Below are positions 42,338 through 53,853 of a DNA stretch of 64,000 bases, in pieces; position 1 is the stretch's first letter; every line of letters starts with the position of its first letter. Below the pieces are notes generated by a model. It saw only the letters and a program-made list of their open reading frames with translations. It ran no database searches and had not been told where the DNA came from. The DNA lies in NCBI GenBank assembly GCA_050246895.1, contig JBFWVE010000003.1:391240-455239 (forward strand), given 5' to 3'. Both the position numbers and the translations under genes were made by a program. This DNA comes from Vicinamibacteria bacterium. Lineage in GTDB: Bacteria > Acidobacteriota > Vicinamibacteria > Fen-336.

Positions 42338-42591
42338 GCGCCGCCGGGCCGCTCGGGGGGCCGCTTCTCGACGAGCCCTTCGTGCCCGCCGGCGACGGGA
42401 CCGGGGCGAGCGTCTTCCAGTGCGGCCTGTGCGGCCTGCGCTTCAGCCACGGCGAGCGGGCCTGCGGCTCCTGCGCGCTCGGCGCGGGCTGCGACCTGGT
42501 GCGCTGCCCGGGGTGCGGCTACCAGTTCCCGCGCGAGTCGCGCCTGCTGCGCTGGCTCCAGCGCGTGGCCGGCGGACGGAGGGGACGATGA
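42334..42591 (+). CDS. Small Cys-rich (zinc-ribbon-like) protein. Its GTG start overlaps the feoB stop, and its stop overlaps the feoA start.
   Basis: …FQCGLCGLRFSHGERACGSCALGAGCDLVRCPGCGYQF… It lies in the same frame as the 3' end of the listed ORF 41704..42591. Confidence 0.45.
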   Translation: MSAAGPLGGPLLDEPFVPAGDGTGASVFQCGLCGLRFSHGERACGSCALGAGCDLVRCPGCGYQFPRESRLLRWLQRVAGGRRGR

Positions 42592-42842
42592 CGGCGAGCG
42601 TGCTGCCGCTTGGGGAGCTGCTGCCGGGCCAGCGGGCCCGCGTGCTCCACGTCCGGCACGGCGGGCACGAGCGGCTGGTGCGGCTGGCGATGCTCGGGCT
42701 GGTGCCCGGCGCCGTGGTCGAGGTCGAGCAGGCCTGGCCCGCGCTGGTGGTGCACGTCGGCGAGACGACGCTGGCGCTGGACGCGGTGGTGGCGGACGCC
42801 GTCTGCGTCGAGCCGATCGAGCCGGAGGATGAAAGGCCCTGA
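42588..42842 (+). CDS. feoA: FeoA-domain protein
   Basis: …LGELLPGQRARVLHV…RLAMLGLVPGAVVEV… with an SH3-like FeoA signature. It starts at MTASVL. Confidence 0.75.
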   Translation: MTASVLPLGELLPGQRARVLHVRHGGHERLVRLAMLGLVPGAVVEVEQAWPALVVHVGETTLALDAVVADAVCVEPIEPEDERP

Positions 42843-42843
42843 A

Positions 42844-42875
42844 GCCGGCGCCGCGGGGCGCCGGGCGGCTTTCGC
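42844..42875. terminator. GC-rich hairpin between convergent feoA (+) and the LuxR-family gene (−). Possible bidirectional terminator.
   Basis: GCCGGCGCC-gcgg-GGCGCCGGG followed by CTTTCG. It sits immediately after the feoA stop. Confidence 0.35.
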
Positions 42876-43589
42876 CTACTCGCGCACCCAGCCGTTGCGG
42901 AACGCCAGGCTGACGGCCTCGAGCTTGGAGTGCACGCCGAGCTTGTCGAGGATGTTGTGGATGTGGTTGCGCACGGTGGCGACGCTCAGCTCCAGCCGCT
43001 GCGCGACCTCCTTGTTCTGCAACCCCTGCGCGACCAGTTGCAGGATCTCGGTCTCGCGCGGCGTGAGCGGCGGTGTCGCCACTTCCGCCGGGCAGCTCTC
43101 TTGCGCCGGCAGCGTCCCGTCCTGCGGCAGGCTCACGCCGAGGTCGCGCAGCAGCCGCAGCACGCCCTGGCGCTCGTCGCAGGGCCGCAGGATGTGGACG
43201 AGCGTGAAGGAGTTCGGCGCGCCGCCGCGGAGCGTCAGCGTCGTCACGGACAGCGTGCGCTTCTCGCCGCTCTTCGACTCGCGCTGGAGGTCGAAGGCCA
43301 GCGGGCTCTCGCCCTTCTTGAGCGTCGCGTGCACCGGGCAGCGCTCGTAGCAGTAGCGGTTGCCGAAGAGATCCCGCCCCGCGAGCACCTCGTAGCAGGG
43401 GCGGCCGAGCACCTCGGACGCCTTGACGCCCAGCACGCGCTCGGCGCCGCGGTTGAACAGCGTGATCCGGTGCGACGCATCGGCCGCGAAGGCCGGCGGA
43501 TCCCCGCTCGCGAACAGCTCGGCGAGCTCCGCGAGGCGCGACTCGCCAAGGGCGTTGCGCGCACGGCCCAGCTCGAAAACGGTCGCCAT
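42876..43589 (-). CDS. PAS-domain / LuxR-type HTH transcriptional regulator. The start is MATVFELG; the upstream portion of the listed 818-aa ORF is spurious.
   Basis: C-terminal LuxR HTH: LTPRETEILQLVAQGLQNKEVAQRLELSVATVRNHIHNILDKLGV. Confidence 0.75.
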   Translation of the reverse strand: MATVFELGRARNALGESRLAELAELFASGDPPAFAADASHRITLFNRGAERVLGVKASEVLGRPCYEVLAGRDLFGNRYCYERCPVHATLKKGESPLAFDLQRESKSGEKRTLSVTTLTLRGGAPNSFTLVHILRPCDERQGVLRLLRDLGVSLPQDGTLPAQESCPAEVATPPLTPRETEILQLVAQGLQNKEVAQRLELSVATVRNHIHNILDKLGVHSKLEAVSLAFRNGWVRE

Positions 43590-43600
43590 CGCGTCCTCCT

Positions 43601-45274
43601 TCAATGCGCCGTGCGCAGACGATCGGGAAGGGCCACGCCAGCCGGCGCGCGGCCGCGGTAGCGCAGGCTGGCGAATCCCACCAGCGCCGCCTCCACCAAC
43701 ACGAACGCCGCCGCGTAGCCGCCGCCGCCCGCCCCGAATCCGTAGGAATGCAGCCCGGTGCCCAGCACGTAGTTCACGCCGTACCAGGCCATCATCACGA
43801 GCAGAAAGCCGCCGATCGAGCCGACCGCCATGCCGAAGTCCTTGAACCAGCCGGCGAAGCGGCCGTGCAGGATGGCCAGGTAGCCGAGCAGCGCGATCAG
43901 CGCCCAGGTCTCCTTGGGATCCCAGCCCCAGAAGCGGCCCCAGGAGTACGAGGCCCAGACGCCGCCCAGCAGCGTGCCGATCGCCAGGAACAGCGTGCCG
44001 ACCTGCAGCGAGCGATAGAGAAAGCTCGACAGCGTGCGGATCAGCCCGGCGCGGCCCGGCGCGAACGAGAACAGGCCCAGGCTCACGTGGGCGAGGCCCG
44101 CCGCCAGCAGGTAGGCCGCGTAGCCGAGCATGATCGTGAGCACGTGCAGCGTGAGCCAGGTGTTGTCGCGCAGCACGGGGACCAGCGGCTCGATCGAGCC
44201 GTCCAGGATCGGCACGTTGTCGGCGAGCACCAGGCAGACCGAGCCCAGCAGCGCGGCGCAGGCCGCCACCCAGCGCACGCGCGAGAAGGCCTCGAAGGCG
44301 AGCGCCACGGCCACGGCGCCCCAGGCCACGAACACGACCGACTCGTACATGTTCGTGACCGGCGCGCGGCCGGAGATCAGCGTGCGCAGCAACAGGCCGT
44401 AGCCGTTCAGCAGGAAGCCCGCGATGACCAGCACGAAGCCGGCGCCGCCCAGCACGCGCGGCGCGGCGACCAGGCTCGACAGCAGCAGCAGCGAGCCCGT
44501 CAGCAGCAGCACCCAGGCCCAGCGGAACGGCTTCAGGCGGTTGTAGCGCACCTCGCGCGCGAGCGCCGCGCGGTCGGCGGCGGGCGACAGGCGCGCCGCA
44601 GCCAGCGCGAAATCGCGCGCGGCTGACGCGGCAGCCAGCTCGTCGCCGCGCGCGTAGGCGGCCAGCAGGCCGCCGAGCGTCTCGCGGGCCCGCCGGCCCT
44701 CCGCCGTCTCGAGCCGGTCGAGAGCGGAGATCGGCAGCCAGGCCCCGGCCTGGTCGGCGCCCTGCGCGGCGATCCGGATCGCCTCCCCCGAGGCGATGCC
44801 CGCCAGCACCGACAGCGTCTCGTAGAGCGAGAGGATCTCGCCGTCGATCGGCTGCAGCTGCGCCTCCGGGTCCCGGCGCACGCGCGACATCAGCCGCTCG
44901 GCCGCCTCCATGAACGCGCGGTTGCCGACGAGCTCGTCGAACGAGTAGCGGTCGCGATCGGCAGCGAGGCCCAGCTTCCCCCGCAGCTCGGCGTGCACCA
45001 CGCGGACGATCGGCTTCGCCTTCCAGCCCTCGGGGTCGGCCATCGACGCGAGCGCCCACTCGACCGCATCGAGGCCCTCCACGCTCTCCCCGCCCGTGAA
45101 GGGCCGGGCCCCCGAGATGCGCCGGGCCGACTCGCGCGCGAAGGTGTCCAGCGGCTTCACGCGTCCGCCGTCCTGGACCGCGACCTCGCGCAGCGCGCCG
45201 GCGACGTCGGCGCCGGCGCGGCTCGCCCACCCCACGACCGTCAGGGCGGCGAGCGCCAGGATGCCCGTCTTCAT
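43601..45274 (-). CDS. ccsA: Cytochrome c biogenesis protein CcsA/ResC (System II haem-handling membrane protein). The start is taken at MKTGIL.
   Basis: WWD-type region …SWGRFWGWDPKETWAL…, a signal peptide, and multiple TM helices. Confidence 0.85.
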   Translation of the reverse strand: MKTGILALAALTVVGWASRAGADVAGALREVAVQDGGRVKPLDTFARESARRISGARPFTGGESVEGLDAVEWALASMADPEGWKAKPIVRVVHAELRGKLGLAADRDRYSFDELVGNRAFMEAAERLMSRVRRDPEAQLQPIDGEILSLYETLSVLAGIASGEAIRIAAQGADQAGAWLPISALDRLETAEGRRARETLGGLLAAYARGDELAAASAARDFALAAARLSPAADRAALAREVRYNRLKPFRWAWVLLLTGSLLLLSSLVAAPRVLGGAGFVLVIAGFLLNGYGLLLRTLISGRAPVTNMYESVVFVAWGAVAVALAFEAFSRVRWVAACAALLGSVCLVLADNVPILDGSIEPLVPVLRDNTWLTLHVLTIMLGYAAYLLAAGLAHVSLGLFSFAPGRAGLIRTLSSFLYRSLQVGTLFLAIGTLLGGVWASYSWGRFWGWDPKETWALIALLGYLAILHGRFAGWFKDFGMAVGSIGGFLLVMMAWYGVNYVLGTGLHSYGFGAGGGGYAAAFVLVEAALVGFASLRYRGRAPAGVALPDRLRTAH

Positions 45275-45539
45275 GCCGTCTTCCTCCACCCCCGGACGAA
45301 CCCGCGGCCCGCCGGCGCCGGGGGAGCTTCAAACCCCGTGCCGCTCTCGAACACGTTCAAATGCACCACGGGATGCGCCATTTGAAGCAGAAGCTGCGGT
45401 TGCTCGCGAGCCCGACCGCAAAACGTTCGCCGCGCCCGAAACGCCGAGAATCGCCAAGCTTCTCCCTCCCCGGCACCCGGGCGGCGACGATTCCGAAGTA
45501 TCCTTGGCCCCTCGTCGCGTCCCTCCTGGGAGGACGGCC

Positions 45540-46754
45540 ATGCCTCGTGCGGGCTTCGCGTTTGCCGACCGGCTCTTCGTCAGGATCATCGCCCTCGCCC
45601 TGGCAGGGGCCGGTCTGGCCGCTCCGGCGGCGGCGACGGACCTCGCCCTGCTCCTGGACACCTCGGGCAGCATCGGTGCGCAGGGGTCGGCGCAGCGACA
45701 GCGCGCGGTCGAGGGCCTGATCCAGGCCCTGCCCGCCGGCACGGCCGTCACGCTCTACGCCTTCGACGACACCCCCCGCCTCGTGCTCGAGCGGACCAGC
45801 GACCTCGCCGCCGTGGCGAGCGCCGCGGCGGCCCTGACGAACCAGGGCCACTTCACGGCGCTCAACGACGCGATCTTCGACGCCGCCCGCGCGCTGGCCG
45901 AGGGCCCGAGCCTCCAGCGGGCGATCGTCGTGGTGAGCGACGGCTTCGACGAGAACAGCGCGCTGGTGCCCGAAGACGGCGTCACCGAGGCCCGGCGCGG
46001 CCACATCCCCGTCTTCACGCTCGGCATCGCCCGGGTGCGCGAGCAGCCGCTGCGGCGGATCGCCAAGCTGTCCGGCGGGGAGTACTTCGCTCCGGGCGCC
46101 GACCCGGGCGAGGTCGTGAAGGCGATCGCCCTGCGCACGCCGAAGGTCCTCCCCATGCCGTCGCCGGCCGCCGCACCGGCGCCGGCGCAGGGGCAGGCCG
46201 CGTCGGCAGCCGTGGCCGCCCGGCAGCCGCCCACGCCCGCCCTGGGCAACTGGGCGGTCGCAGTCGTCGTCGGCCTGGTCGCGGCGCTCGCGCTCAGCGG
46301 GCTCGCCTTCGTCGTGCTGCGGCGCGGCGCTGCCGCGGGCCCCTCCGCCACGCTCGGCGCCGTCGAGGACGAGGTCGAAGACGTCACGCTGATGGCGAAG
46401 CGCGAGGACATCGAGGAGCCCGGCTCCTCCACGCTGGTGCTGACGTTGAAGCCGCTGCTGCACGTCACGCGCGGGCCCAACTTCGGGCGCTTCTTCGAGG
46501 TCAAGCTCGAGAGCGCGACCTCGATCGGGCGCGCCAAGGGCAACGACGTCGTGCTCGACGACCGCGCGGTCTCCAGCCAGCACTGCCGCGTGCGCCGTGG
46601 CGACGGCGGCATCTACGAGCTGGTGGACCTGCGCAGCACGAACGGCACCTACCTCAACGAGCGCCGCGTCTCGCGCTCGACGCTGTCGGCCGGCGACGTG
46701 ATCAAGGTCGGCGAGACGAACCTGCAGTTCCGCATGGACCACCTCAAGAGCTGA
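45540..46754 (+). CDS. vWA-domain / transmembrane / FHA-domain protein
   Basis: N-terminal vWA MIDAS motif DTSGS. A TM helix (…WAVAVVVGLVAALALSGLAFVVL…). A C-terminal FHA domain (…GRAKGNDVVLDDRAVSSQHCRV…STNGTYLN…). There is a GGGAGGA Shine-Dalgarno upstream. Confidence 0.75.
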   Translation: MPRAGFAFADRLFVRIIALALAGAGLAAPAAATDLALLLDTSGSIGAQGSAQRQRAVEGLIQALPAGTAVTLYAFDDTPRLVLERTSDLAAVASAAAALTNQGHFTALNDAIFDAARALAEGPSLQRAIVVVSDGFDENSALVPEDGVTEARRGHIPVFTLGIARVREQPLRRIAKLSGGEYFAPGADPGEVVKAIALRTPKVLPMPSPAAAPAPAQGQAASAAVAARQPPTPALGNWAVAVVVGLVAALALSGLAFVVLRRGAAAGPSATLGAVEDEVEDVTLMAKREDIEEPGSSTLVLTLKPLLHVTRGPNFGRFFEVKLESATSIGRAKGNDVVLDDRAVSSQHCRVRRGDGGIYELVDLRSTNGTYLNERRVSRSTLSAGDVIKVGETNLQFRMDHLKS

Positions 46755-46985
46755 GGGGGAGGGATCCCGGGGCCCTCGGTGTGGCCCGGGATTCCAAGTG
46801 TGGGTCGGGGCCTGCCCTCCAGGGCCAGGCACGCGTGGTTTCGGCGCGGCTCGGCTCGGAGCGCGCTGGGCCCGCCAGCTCAGCGAGTTACGAGGCGCGC
46901 CCCGGCCGCGAAACGGTGGCGGCCCCTGCCTTGCAATTGTGCCGACCGCAACGACGGCACTATTTGGGGTGGGGAGGCACGTCCG

Positions 46986-47852
46986 ATGCGTTCGTTCGTG
47001 AGGGTGAGCCTGTTCCTGGTCTCGGGCTTCGCGGCCGTCGGCGCGTCCGCGCAGACGCCGATCAGCTTGACCGTCTCGGGCAACGAGGCGGTGGGGTCGA
47101 TCGATCTTCCGGGCGGCCTCCGCGCCGACCTGTCGATCAGCTTCGAGAACGCCGTCGGGCTGACACCGACGGCGCTCGACGTCACGGCGCGGGTGGTGAG
47201 CCCGCTCGACTCCGAGCTGCTGGCGCGCCTGCCGGCCGATACGACGGGCGGCCTGCTGGGCGGCCTGCTGCGGCTGGTCACGATCCCCGGCGCGTTGCCG
47301 GTGCTGATCGCCATCGAGCCGAGCGCCGCCAGCGCTCTCAGCTTCTCCGGCGTCGTCCACGTCGGCCTGCACACCTACAACCTCCACCTGACGCCCGTGA
47401 TCCCGCTGGCGCTCTACAAGGCCGCGGCGGGCCAGCCCTTCTACGACATCACGATCTCCGAGGCCACCGGCAGCTACCGCGTGTGCGGCTCGGGCGGGGA
47501 CTTCTCGGAGTTCCTGATCGTGGTGGACACGCGCCCGATCGACGAGATCATCACGGGCAAGTTCGACGCTTTGCAGGCGCAGCTCGACGCCGGCGCCGGT
47601 TCGATGCCGGCGTTGGTGGCCGCTGAACTGCAGCAGCAGCTCTCGAACGCGCGTTCCCTGTTCGAGACGGGCGCGACGCTGCCCGCGATCGCCGCGGTCT
47701 CGAGCCTGTCGCAGTACGTCCGCGACCACAGCGGCGCCGAGATCCCCGACGTCTGGCGGGCGCACGACGCGACCCACGTCAACGTCGCCGGCCGCCTGCG
47801 CTCCGCCGCCGACACGCTGCGGTTCAGCCTGATCCGCAAGAGCAACAACTGA
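46986..47852 (+). CDS. Secreted hypothetical protein with a signal peptide.
   Basis: MRSFVRVSLFLVSGFAAVGASAQ… with a GGGGAGG Shine-Dalgarno upstream. I recognised no domain. Confidence 0.5.
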   Translation: MRSFVRVSLFLVSGFAAVGASAQTPISLTVSGNEAVGSIDLPGGLRADLSISFENAVGLTPTALDVTARVVSPLDSELLARLPADTTGGLLGGLLRLVTIPGALPVLIAIEPSAASALSFSGVVHVGLHTYNLHLTPVIPLALYKAAAGQPFYDITISEATGSYRVCGSGGDFSEFLIVVDTRPIDEIITGKFDALQAQLDAGAGSMPALVAAELQQQLSNARSLFETGATLPAIAAVSSLSQYVRDHSGAEIPDVWRAHDATHVNVAGRLRSAADTLRFSLIRKSNN

Positions 47853-47861
47853 CCGGCGCGG

Positions 47862-48761
47862 ATGCCCGCCAAGCTGACGCTCTACCCTCCGCGGCGGGCG
47901 GCGCGCTTCCTCGTCCTGCGGGAGGGCGAGACGCTGGAGGTCGGGCGCGACCAGGGCTGCGGCCTCTCGCTCGACGACCCGCGCGTCTCGAAGCGCCACG
48001 CGCGCCTCGCCTGGACGGGCTTCGGCTGGCGGCTCGCCGACCTCGGGAGCAAGAACGGCACCACCGTCAACGGCCTGCCGCCGGGCGAGGAGGAGCTGCG
48101 CGACCAGGACTGGTTCAGCTTCGGCGGCCTGATGGGCCGCTTCGAGCGGCTGAGCGCCGCCCAGGCCGCGGAGCTCGAGTCGGAGCGCCTCGCGCGCATC
48201 CAGACGTCGATCGACATGCGCCGGCGGCTGAGCGCCGACCTCGAGCCGATCGACCTGCTGCTGCGCCTGCTGGAGGCCTCGCTGGAGGTGACCGGCACGG
48301 ATCGCGGCTTCATCCTGGTCGCCGGCACCGACTCCGCGCTGCGCGCGGAGGTGGCGGCCGGCTTCTCGACGGCGGACCTGCGCGACGAGCGCTTTCGCGG
48401 CAGCGTGGGCGCCGTGCGCCAGGCCTTCGAGAGCGGCACGCCGTTGCTGATCCCGGACGCCCAGGGCGACCCCCGCATGGCGCGGCGGCCGAGCGTCGTC
48501 GCCAACGGCATCAGCTCGCTCGCCTGCGTGCCCCTCACCCACGACGGCAAGCCGCTCGGCGTCCTCTACGTCGACAGCCGCAAGCTGGTCCCCGCCTTCA
48601 GTGAGCTGGACCTCGAGATCCTCGAGGCGCTGGCGGATCATGCCGCGGGCATCCTGGCGGGCGCCCTGCGCGACGGCGGGCAGTACGAGCGGCCGAGTCC
48701 AGCCAGCCCTGTCGTGGCCCAGTTGCAGCAGCGCATCGAAGAGCTGTTCCCGGCGGTATGA
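47862..48761 (+). CDS. FHA-domain / GAF-domain protein
   Basis: N-terminal FHA (…GRDQGCGLSLDDPRVSKRHARL…SKNGTTVNG…) and a C-terminal GAF-like region (…GFILVAGTD…LLIPDAQGDPR…PLGVLYVDS…). Confidence 0.7.
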   Translation: MPAKLTLYPPRRAARFLVLREGETLEVGRDQGCGLSLDDPRVSKRHARLAWTGFGWRLADLGSKNGTTVNGLPPGEEELRDQDWFSFGGLMGRFERLSAAQAAELESERLARIQTSIDMRRRLSADLEPIDLLLRLLEASLEVTGTDRGFILVAGTDSALRAEVAAGFSTADLRDERFRGSVGAVRQAFESGTPLLIPDAQGDPRMARRPSVVANGISSLACVPLTHDGKPLGVLYVDSRKLVPAFSELDLEILEALADHAAGILAGALRDGGQYERPSPASPVVAQLQQRIEELFPAV

Positions 48762-51700
48762 GCCTCGCTCCCGAGCCGCGCGCCGCGACGTCCGCCCCCC
48801 GCAGCGACACGCTCTCGGGCGTGGACCTCGCCCAGCGCTTCGCGCCGGGGACGCTGATCGCAGGGCGCTACCGGATCCTGAGCCAGCTCGGCATCGGCGG
48901 CATGGGCGTCGTGTACAAGGCGCGGGACACGGAGCTCGACCTCGAGGTGGCGCTCAAGGTGCTGCGCCCGGACCTCGGCGCCGACCCCGAGTGGCTGGAG
49001 CGCTTCCGGCGCGAGCTGCTGCTGGCGCGCGAGGTCAGCCACAAGAACGTGGTCCGCATCCACGACATCGGCGAGAGCGACGGCCTGCGCTTCCTGAGCA
49101 TGGCTTTCGTCGCGGGCCGTCCGCTGTGCGACGTGCTCGCCGACGAGGGACCGCTGCCCCCCGCGCGGGCGCAGCGCATCCTGCGCCAGCTGGCCGCCGC
49201 GCTCGGCGAGGCGCACGCGGCCGGCGTGGTGCACCGCGACCTGAAGCCCGGCAACATCCTGCTGGGCCCTGACGACACCGCATTCGTCACGGACTTCGGG
49301 GTGGCCCGCTCGTTGAGCCACGCCGCGCTGACGGCCACCGGCGTCGTGGTGGGCACGCTCGACTACCTCTCGCCGGAGCAGGCGGCTGGCGAGCAGGTCG
49401 ACTCGCGCAGCGACCTCTACGCGCTCGGCATCGTGTTGTTCGAGATGCTCACGGGCGAGCTGCCGTTCCGCTCGACCTCCCACGCCGAAGCGCTGGCGCA
49501 GCGCCTCGGCAGCCGACCGCGCGACGTCGCCGCGACCGGGGCTCGCGTGCCGCCCCACCTGAGACGGGTGCTGCGGCGCTGTCTCGAGCGCAGCCCGCTC
49601 CGCCGCTACCAGAGCGCGCAGGAGCTGCTGGCCGACCTCGACGCGGAGCGCGCCGGCGTCTTCGACCGCTTCCCGCGGGCGGCGCGCCTCGCGCTCTCGG
49701 TGCTGGCGCTCGCCGCGGTCTCGGGCGGCGCGTATCGGCTCTGGCCGCGGCACTTCACGGGCCCGGCCCCGACGGCGCCGGCAGCCGTCACGTCGGTCGC
49801 GGTGCTGCCGCTCAGGGACGAAACGGCCGATGCCTCGCTCGCCTGGGCCTCGGCGGGAGTCGCCGAGATGCTCTCCGGGGAGCTCGCCGAGGCCGAGCGT
49901 CTGAGGGTGCTCGACCCGGCGCGCGTGCGTCGCACGCTGAGCGACCTGAAGCTCGGCGACGCCGCCGGTGAGCCCGAGCTGCGGCGGCTGTGCGAGCTGA
50001 TCGACGTGGGACGGCTGGTGACGGGCAGCGTCCGTCGCGCGGGCAGCGCCCTGCGCGTCGACCTGCGCCTGGTGGCGGTCGAGGGCGGACGCGTCGACTC
50101 GCTGCCGCTCTCCGCGGAGACCGCCTCTGCGAGCGGCCTGTTCGAAGTGATCGAGGAGCTGGCCGACCGGCTGCGCCGCGAGCTGCACGCCCCGCCGCGC
50201 CCGGATCGCGGCCCGCCCGCGCGCGCGACCACGTCGGTGAAGGCCGCCGCCGCCTACCGCCAGGGCCGCCAGCGCCTGCTGATGGGAGACTCGCTCGGCG
50301 CGGCGCCCGAGTTCGAACGGGCGATCCGCGCCGACCCCGAGTTCGCGGCGGCGCTGCTGGATCTCAGCCAGGCTCGCCAGGCGCTCGGCCAGCAGGCGGC
50401 GGCGCAGGACGCCGCCGAGCGGGCGGCGGCGCTGCTGGAGGCGAGCGACCGGCGGCTGGCCTGGCGCGCACGGGCCCGCCGCGCCCAGCTGCGCGGCGAC
50501 CTGGCGACCGCGGAGCGCTCCTACGCGGAGCTGGTGGAGCGCTACCCGCACGACACCGAGGCGCTGCTCGACCTGGCGGCGGCACAGGCCGCCCAGGGCG
50601 CCAACGCCAGGGCCGTCGCCAGCCTGCGGCGGGTGACGCAGCTCGATGCCGCGGATCCGCGTGGCTGGCTGTTGCTCGGCCGTCACATGATCCTCGAAGG
50701 CGAGGCGCGCAAGGCGATCGAGAACCCGCTGGTCCGCGCGCTGGCGCTGATGACCCAGCTCGGCAACGAGCAGGGTCGCGGCGACGTGTTGAACGCGATG
50801 GGCGTCGCCCATCAGCGGCTCGGGGAGTACCCCGCCGCGCTCGCGCGCTATGGGGAGGCGGCCGCCGTCAGGGACCGGATCGGCGACAGGCGCGGCGCGG
50901 CGGTCAGCCGCAAGAACCGAGGCAGCGTCCACGTGTCGATGGGGCGGCTGGCGGACGCGGAGACGGACTTGAGGGCGGCGCGCCTGCTGTTCGAGGGCGT
51001 CGGGGACCGCAAGGGCCTCGCAGAGGTGTGGAACGACACGGGAGGGCTGCTCGAGGCGCGCGGCGAGTACCCCGCCGCACGCCGGGCCTACCAGGAAGCG
51101 CTGCGCCTGCGCCGCGAGCTGGGGAACGAGCAGCAGCTCGCGCAGAGTTACGACAACGTCGGCTACATCTTCTTCCTGGAGGGCGAGCGCGACAACGCGC
51201 TCGTCTACTGGCGCCAGGCCCTGGATCTGCGGCGGCGGCTCGGCGACAAGGGCGGCATCGTCCTCTCCACGCAGAACCTCGGCTTCCTGCAGGCCGCCGA
51301 GGGCCGCTGGCCCGACGCGATGCGCTCCTTCCTCGACGCGCTCCAGTTGGGCCGCGAGATCGACTTCAAGAACGCGATGGCGGTCTCGCATGGCAACATC
51401 GCGCTGCTCCACCAGTACGAGGGCCGCTACGAGCCCGCGCTCGCTTCGTTCGGCGAGGCGCTGGAGCTGCTGAGCCGACTCGGCGACAAGCGCGGGCTCG
51501 CCGAGTTCACGATCAAGCACGCCATGGCCCTGCTCGAGCTGGGGCGCCCGGCGGAGGCGGCGCGCAAGCTCGCCCAGGCCGAGCCCTGGGTGCGAGCCAC
51601 CGGCAACCGCGAGCAGGCCTCCGACCTGGAGCTCGGGTTCGGGGAGTGGCGGCTCGCACGCGGAGAGGCGGATGCCGCGCTGCAGCGCTTCGAGCAGGCC

Positions 51701-52186
51701 TTCAGCCTGGCCGTTGCCAGCCACAGCGCGGCGGCGACGCTGCGCGCCCGCATCGCGCGGGCCCAGGCCCGCGGCCTCGCCGGAGACGCCGCCGCGGCCG
51801 AGCTGCAGGCGGCCGCCCGGCAGGCCGACCGCTCCGGCGACGTCCTGTTGCGCCTGCGGGCGGCCGAGGCTCTGGCGCAGGCCGAGCTGCTGCGAGGCCG
51901 CCCCGCTCAGGCTGCCCGCTGGGCAGCCCACGCGATCGGGCTCGCCGAGCGCTGCGGCTGGCAGGCGGGCCTGTACCGGCTGCACGCCCTGCTCGGCCGC
52001 AGCCGCCAGGCGGAGGGCGACGCCAAGGGAGCGGCGGCGGCGTACCGCGAGAGCGCGCGCGTGGCGGGCCGTCTGCGCCAGGGCCTGAGCGACGAGCTGC
52101 GCCGCTCCTTCGACACGCTGCCGGCCGTGCGCGAGGCCGGCGAGCGGGAGACCGGGCGCGCACGCGCGGCCGCGCCCGCGCGCTGA
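48758..52186 (+). CDS. Ser/Thr protein kinase with a long C-terminal TPR-repeat region (1142 aa)
   Basis: Kinase subdomains GIGGMGVVYKA, HRDLKPGNILL, DFGVA, and SPEQ, followed by many TPR-like repeats. Confidence 0.85.
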   Translation: MSLAPEPRAATSAPRSDTLSGVDLAQRFAPGTLIAGRYRILSQLGIGGMGVVYKARDTELDLEVALKVLRPDLGADPEWLERFRRELLLAREVSHKNVVRIHDIGESDGLRFLSMAFVAGRPLCDVLADEGPLPPARAQRILRQLAAALGEAHAAGVVHRDLKPGNILLGPDDTAFVTDFGVARSLSHAALTATGVVVGTLDYLSPEQAAGEQVDSRSDLYALGIVLFEMLTGELPFRSTSHAEALAQRLGSRPRDVAATGARVPPHLRRVLRRCLERSPLRRYQSAQELLADLDAERAGVFDRFPRAARLALSVLALAAVSGGAYRLWPRHFTGPAPTAPAAVTSVAVLPLRDETADASLAWASAGVAEMLSGELAEAERLRVLDPARVRRTLSDLKLGDAAGEPELRRLCELIDVGRLVTGSVRRAGSALRVDLRLVAVEGGRVDSLPLSAETASASGLFEVIEELADRLRRELHAPPRPDRGPPARATTSVKAAAAYRQGRQRLLMGDSLGAAPEFERAIRADPEFAAALLDLSQARQALGQQAAAQDAAERAAALLEASDRRLAWRARARRAQLRGDLATAERSYAELVERYPHDTEALLDLAAAQAAQGANARAVASLRRVTQLDAADPRGWLLLGRHMILEGEARKAIENPLVRALALMTQLGNEQGRGDVLNAMGVAHQRLGEYPAALARYGEAAAVRDRIGDRRGAAVSRKNRGSVHVSMGRLADAETDLRAARLLFEGVGDRKGLAEVWNDTGGLLEARGEYPAARRAYQEALRLRRELGNEQQLAQSYDNVGYIFFLEGERDNALVYWRQALDLRRRLGDKGGIVLSTQNLGFLQAAEGRWPDAMRSFLDALQLGREIDFKNAMAVSHGNIALLHQYEGRYEPALASFGEALELLSRLGDKRGLAEFTIKHAMALLELGRPAEAARKLAQAEPWVRATGNREQASDLELGFGEWRLARGEADAALQRFEQAFSLAVASHSAAATLRARIARAQARGLAGDAAAAELQAAARQADRSGDVLLRLRAAEALAQAELLRGRPAQAARWAAHAIGLAERCGWQAGLYRLHALLGRSRQAEGDAKGAAAAYRESARVAGRLRQGLSDELRRSFDTLPAVREAGERETGRARAAAPAR

Positions 52187-52255
52187 GCCGCGCGGCCCGG
52201 TGCTAGCATGCGGGATCTCCGCAACCCAAGCCAGCCTCGGTGGGAGGCGCTGAGC

Positions 52256-53731
<1,476 letters not shown>

Positions 53732-53853
53732 GGCGGATTCCCGAGTATCGCCGCCGCGGCCGCCTGCGTACCCTCGTCGTGTGCGAGCGCACGAGGGAAC
53801 GCGTGGCCTCTAGGCTTCCCTGGCCGTCGGTGGCGGCAGCGGCGCGGCGGCTC

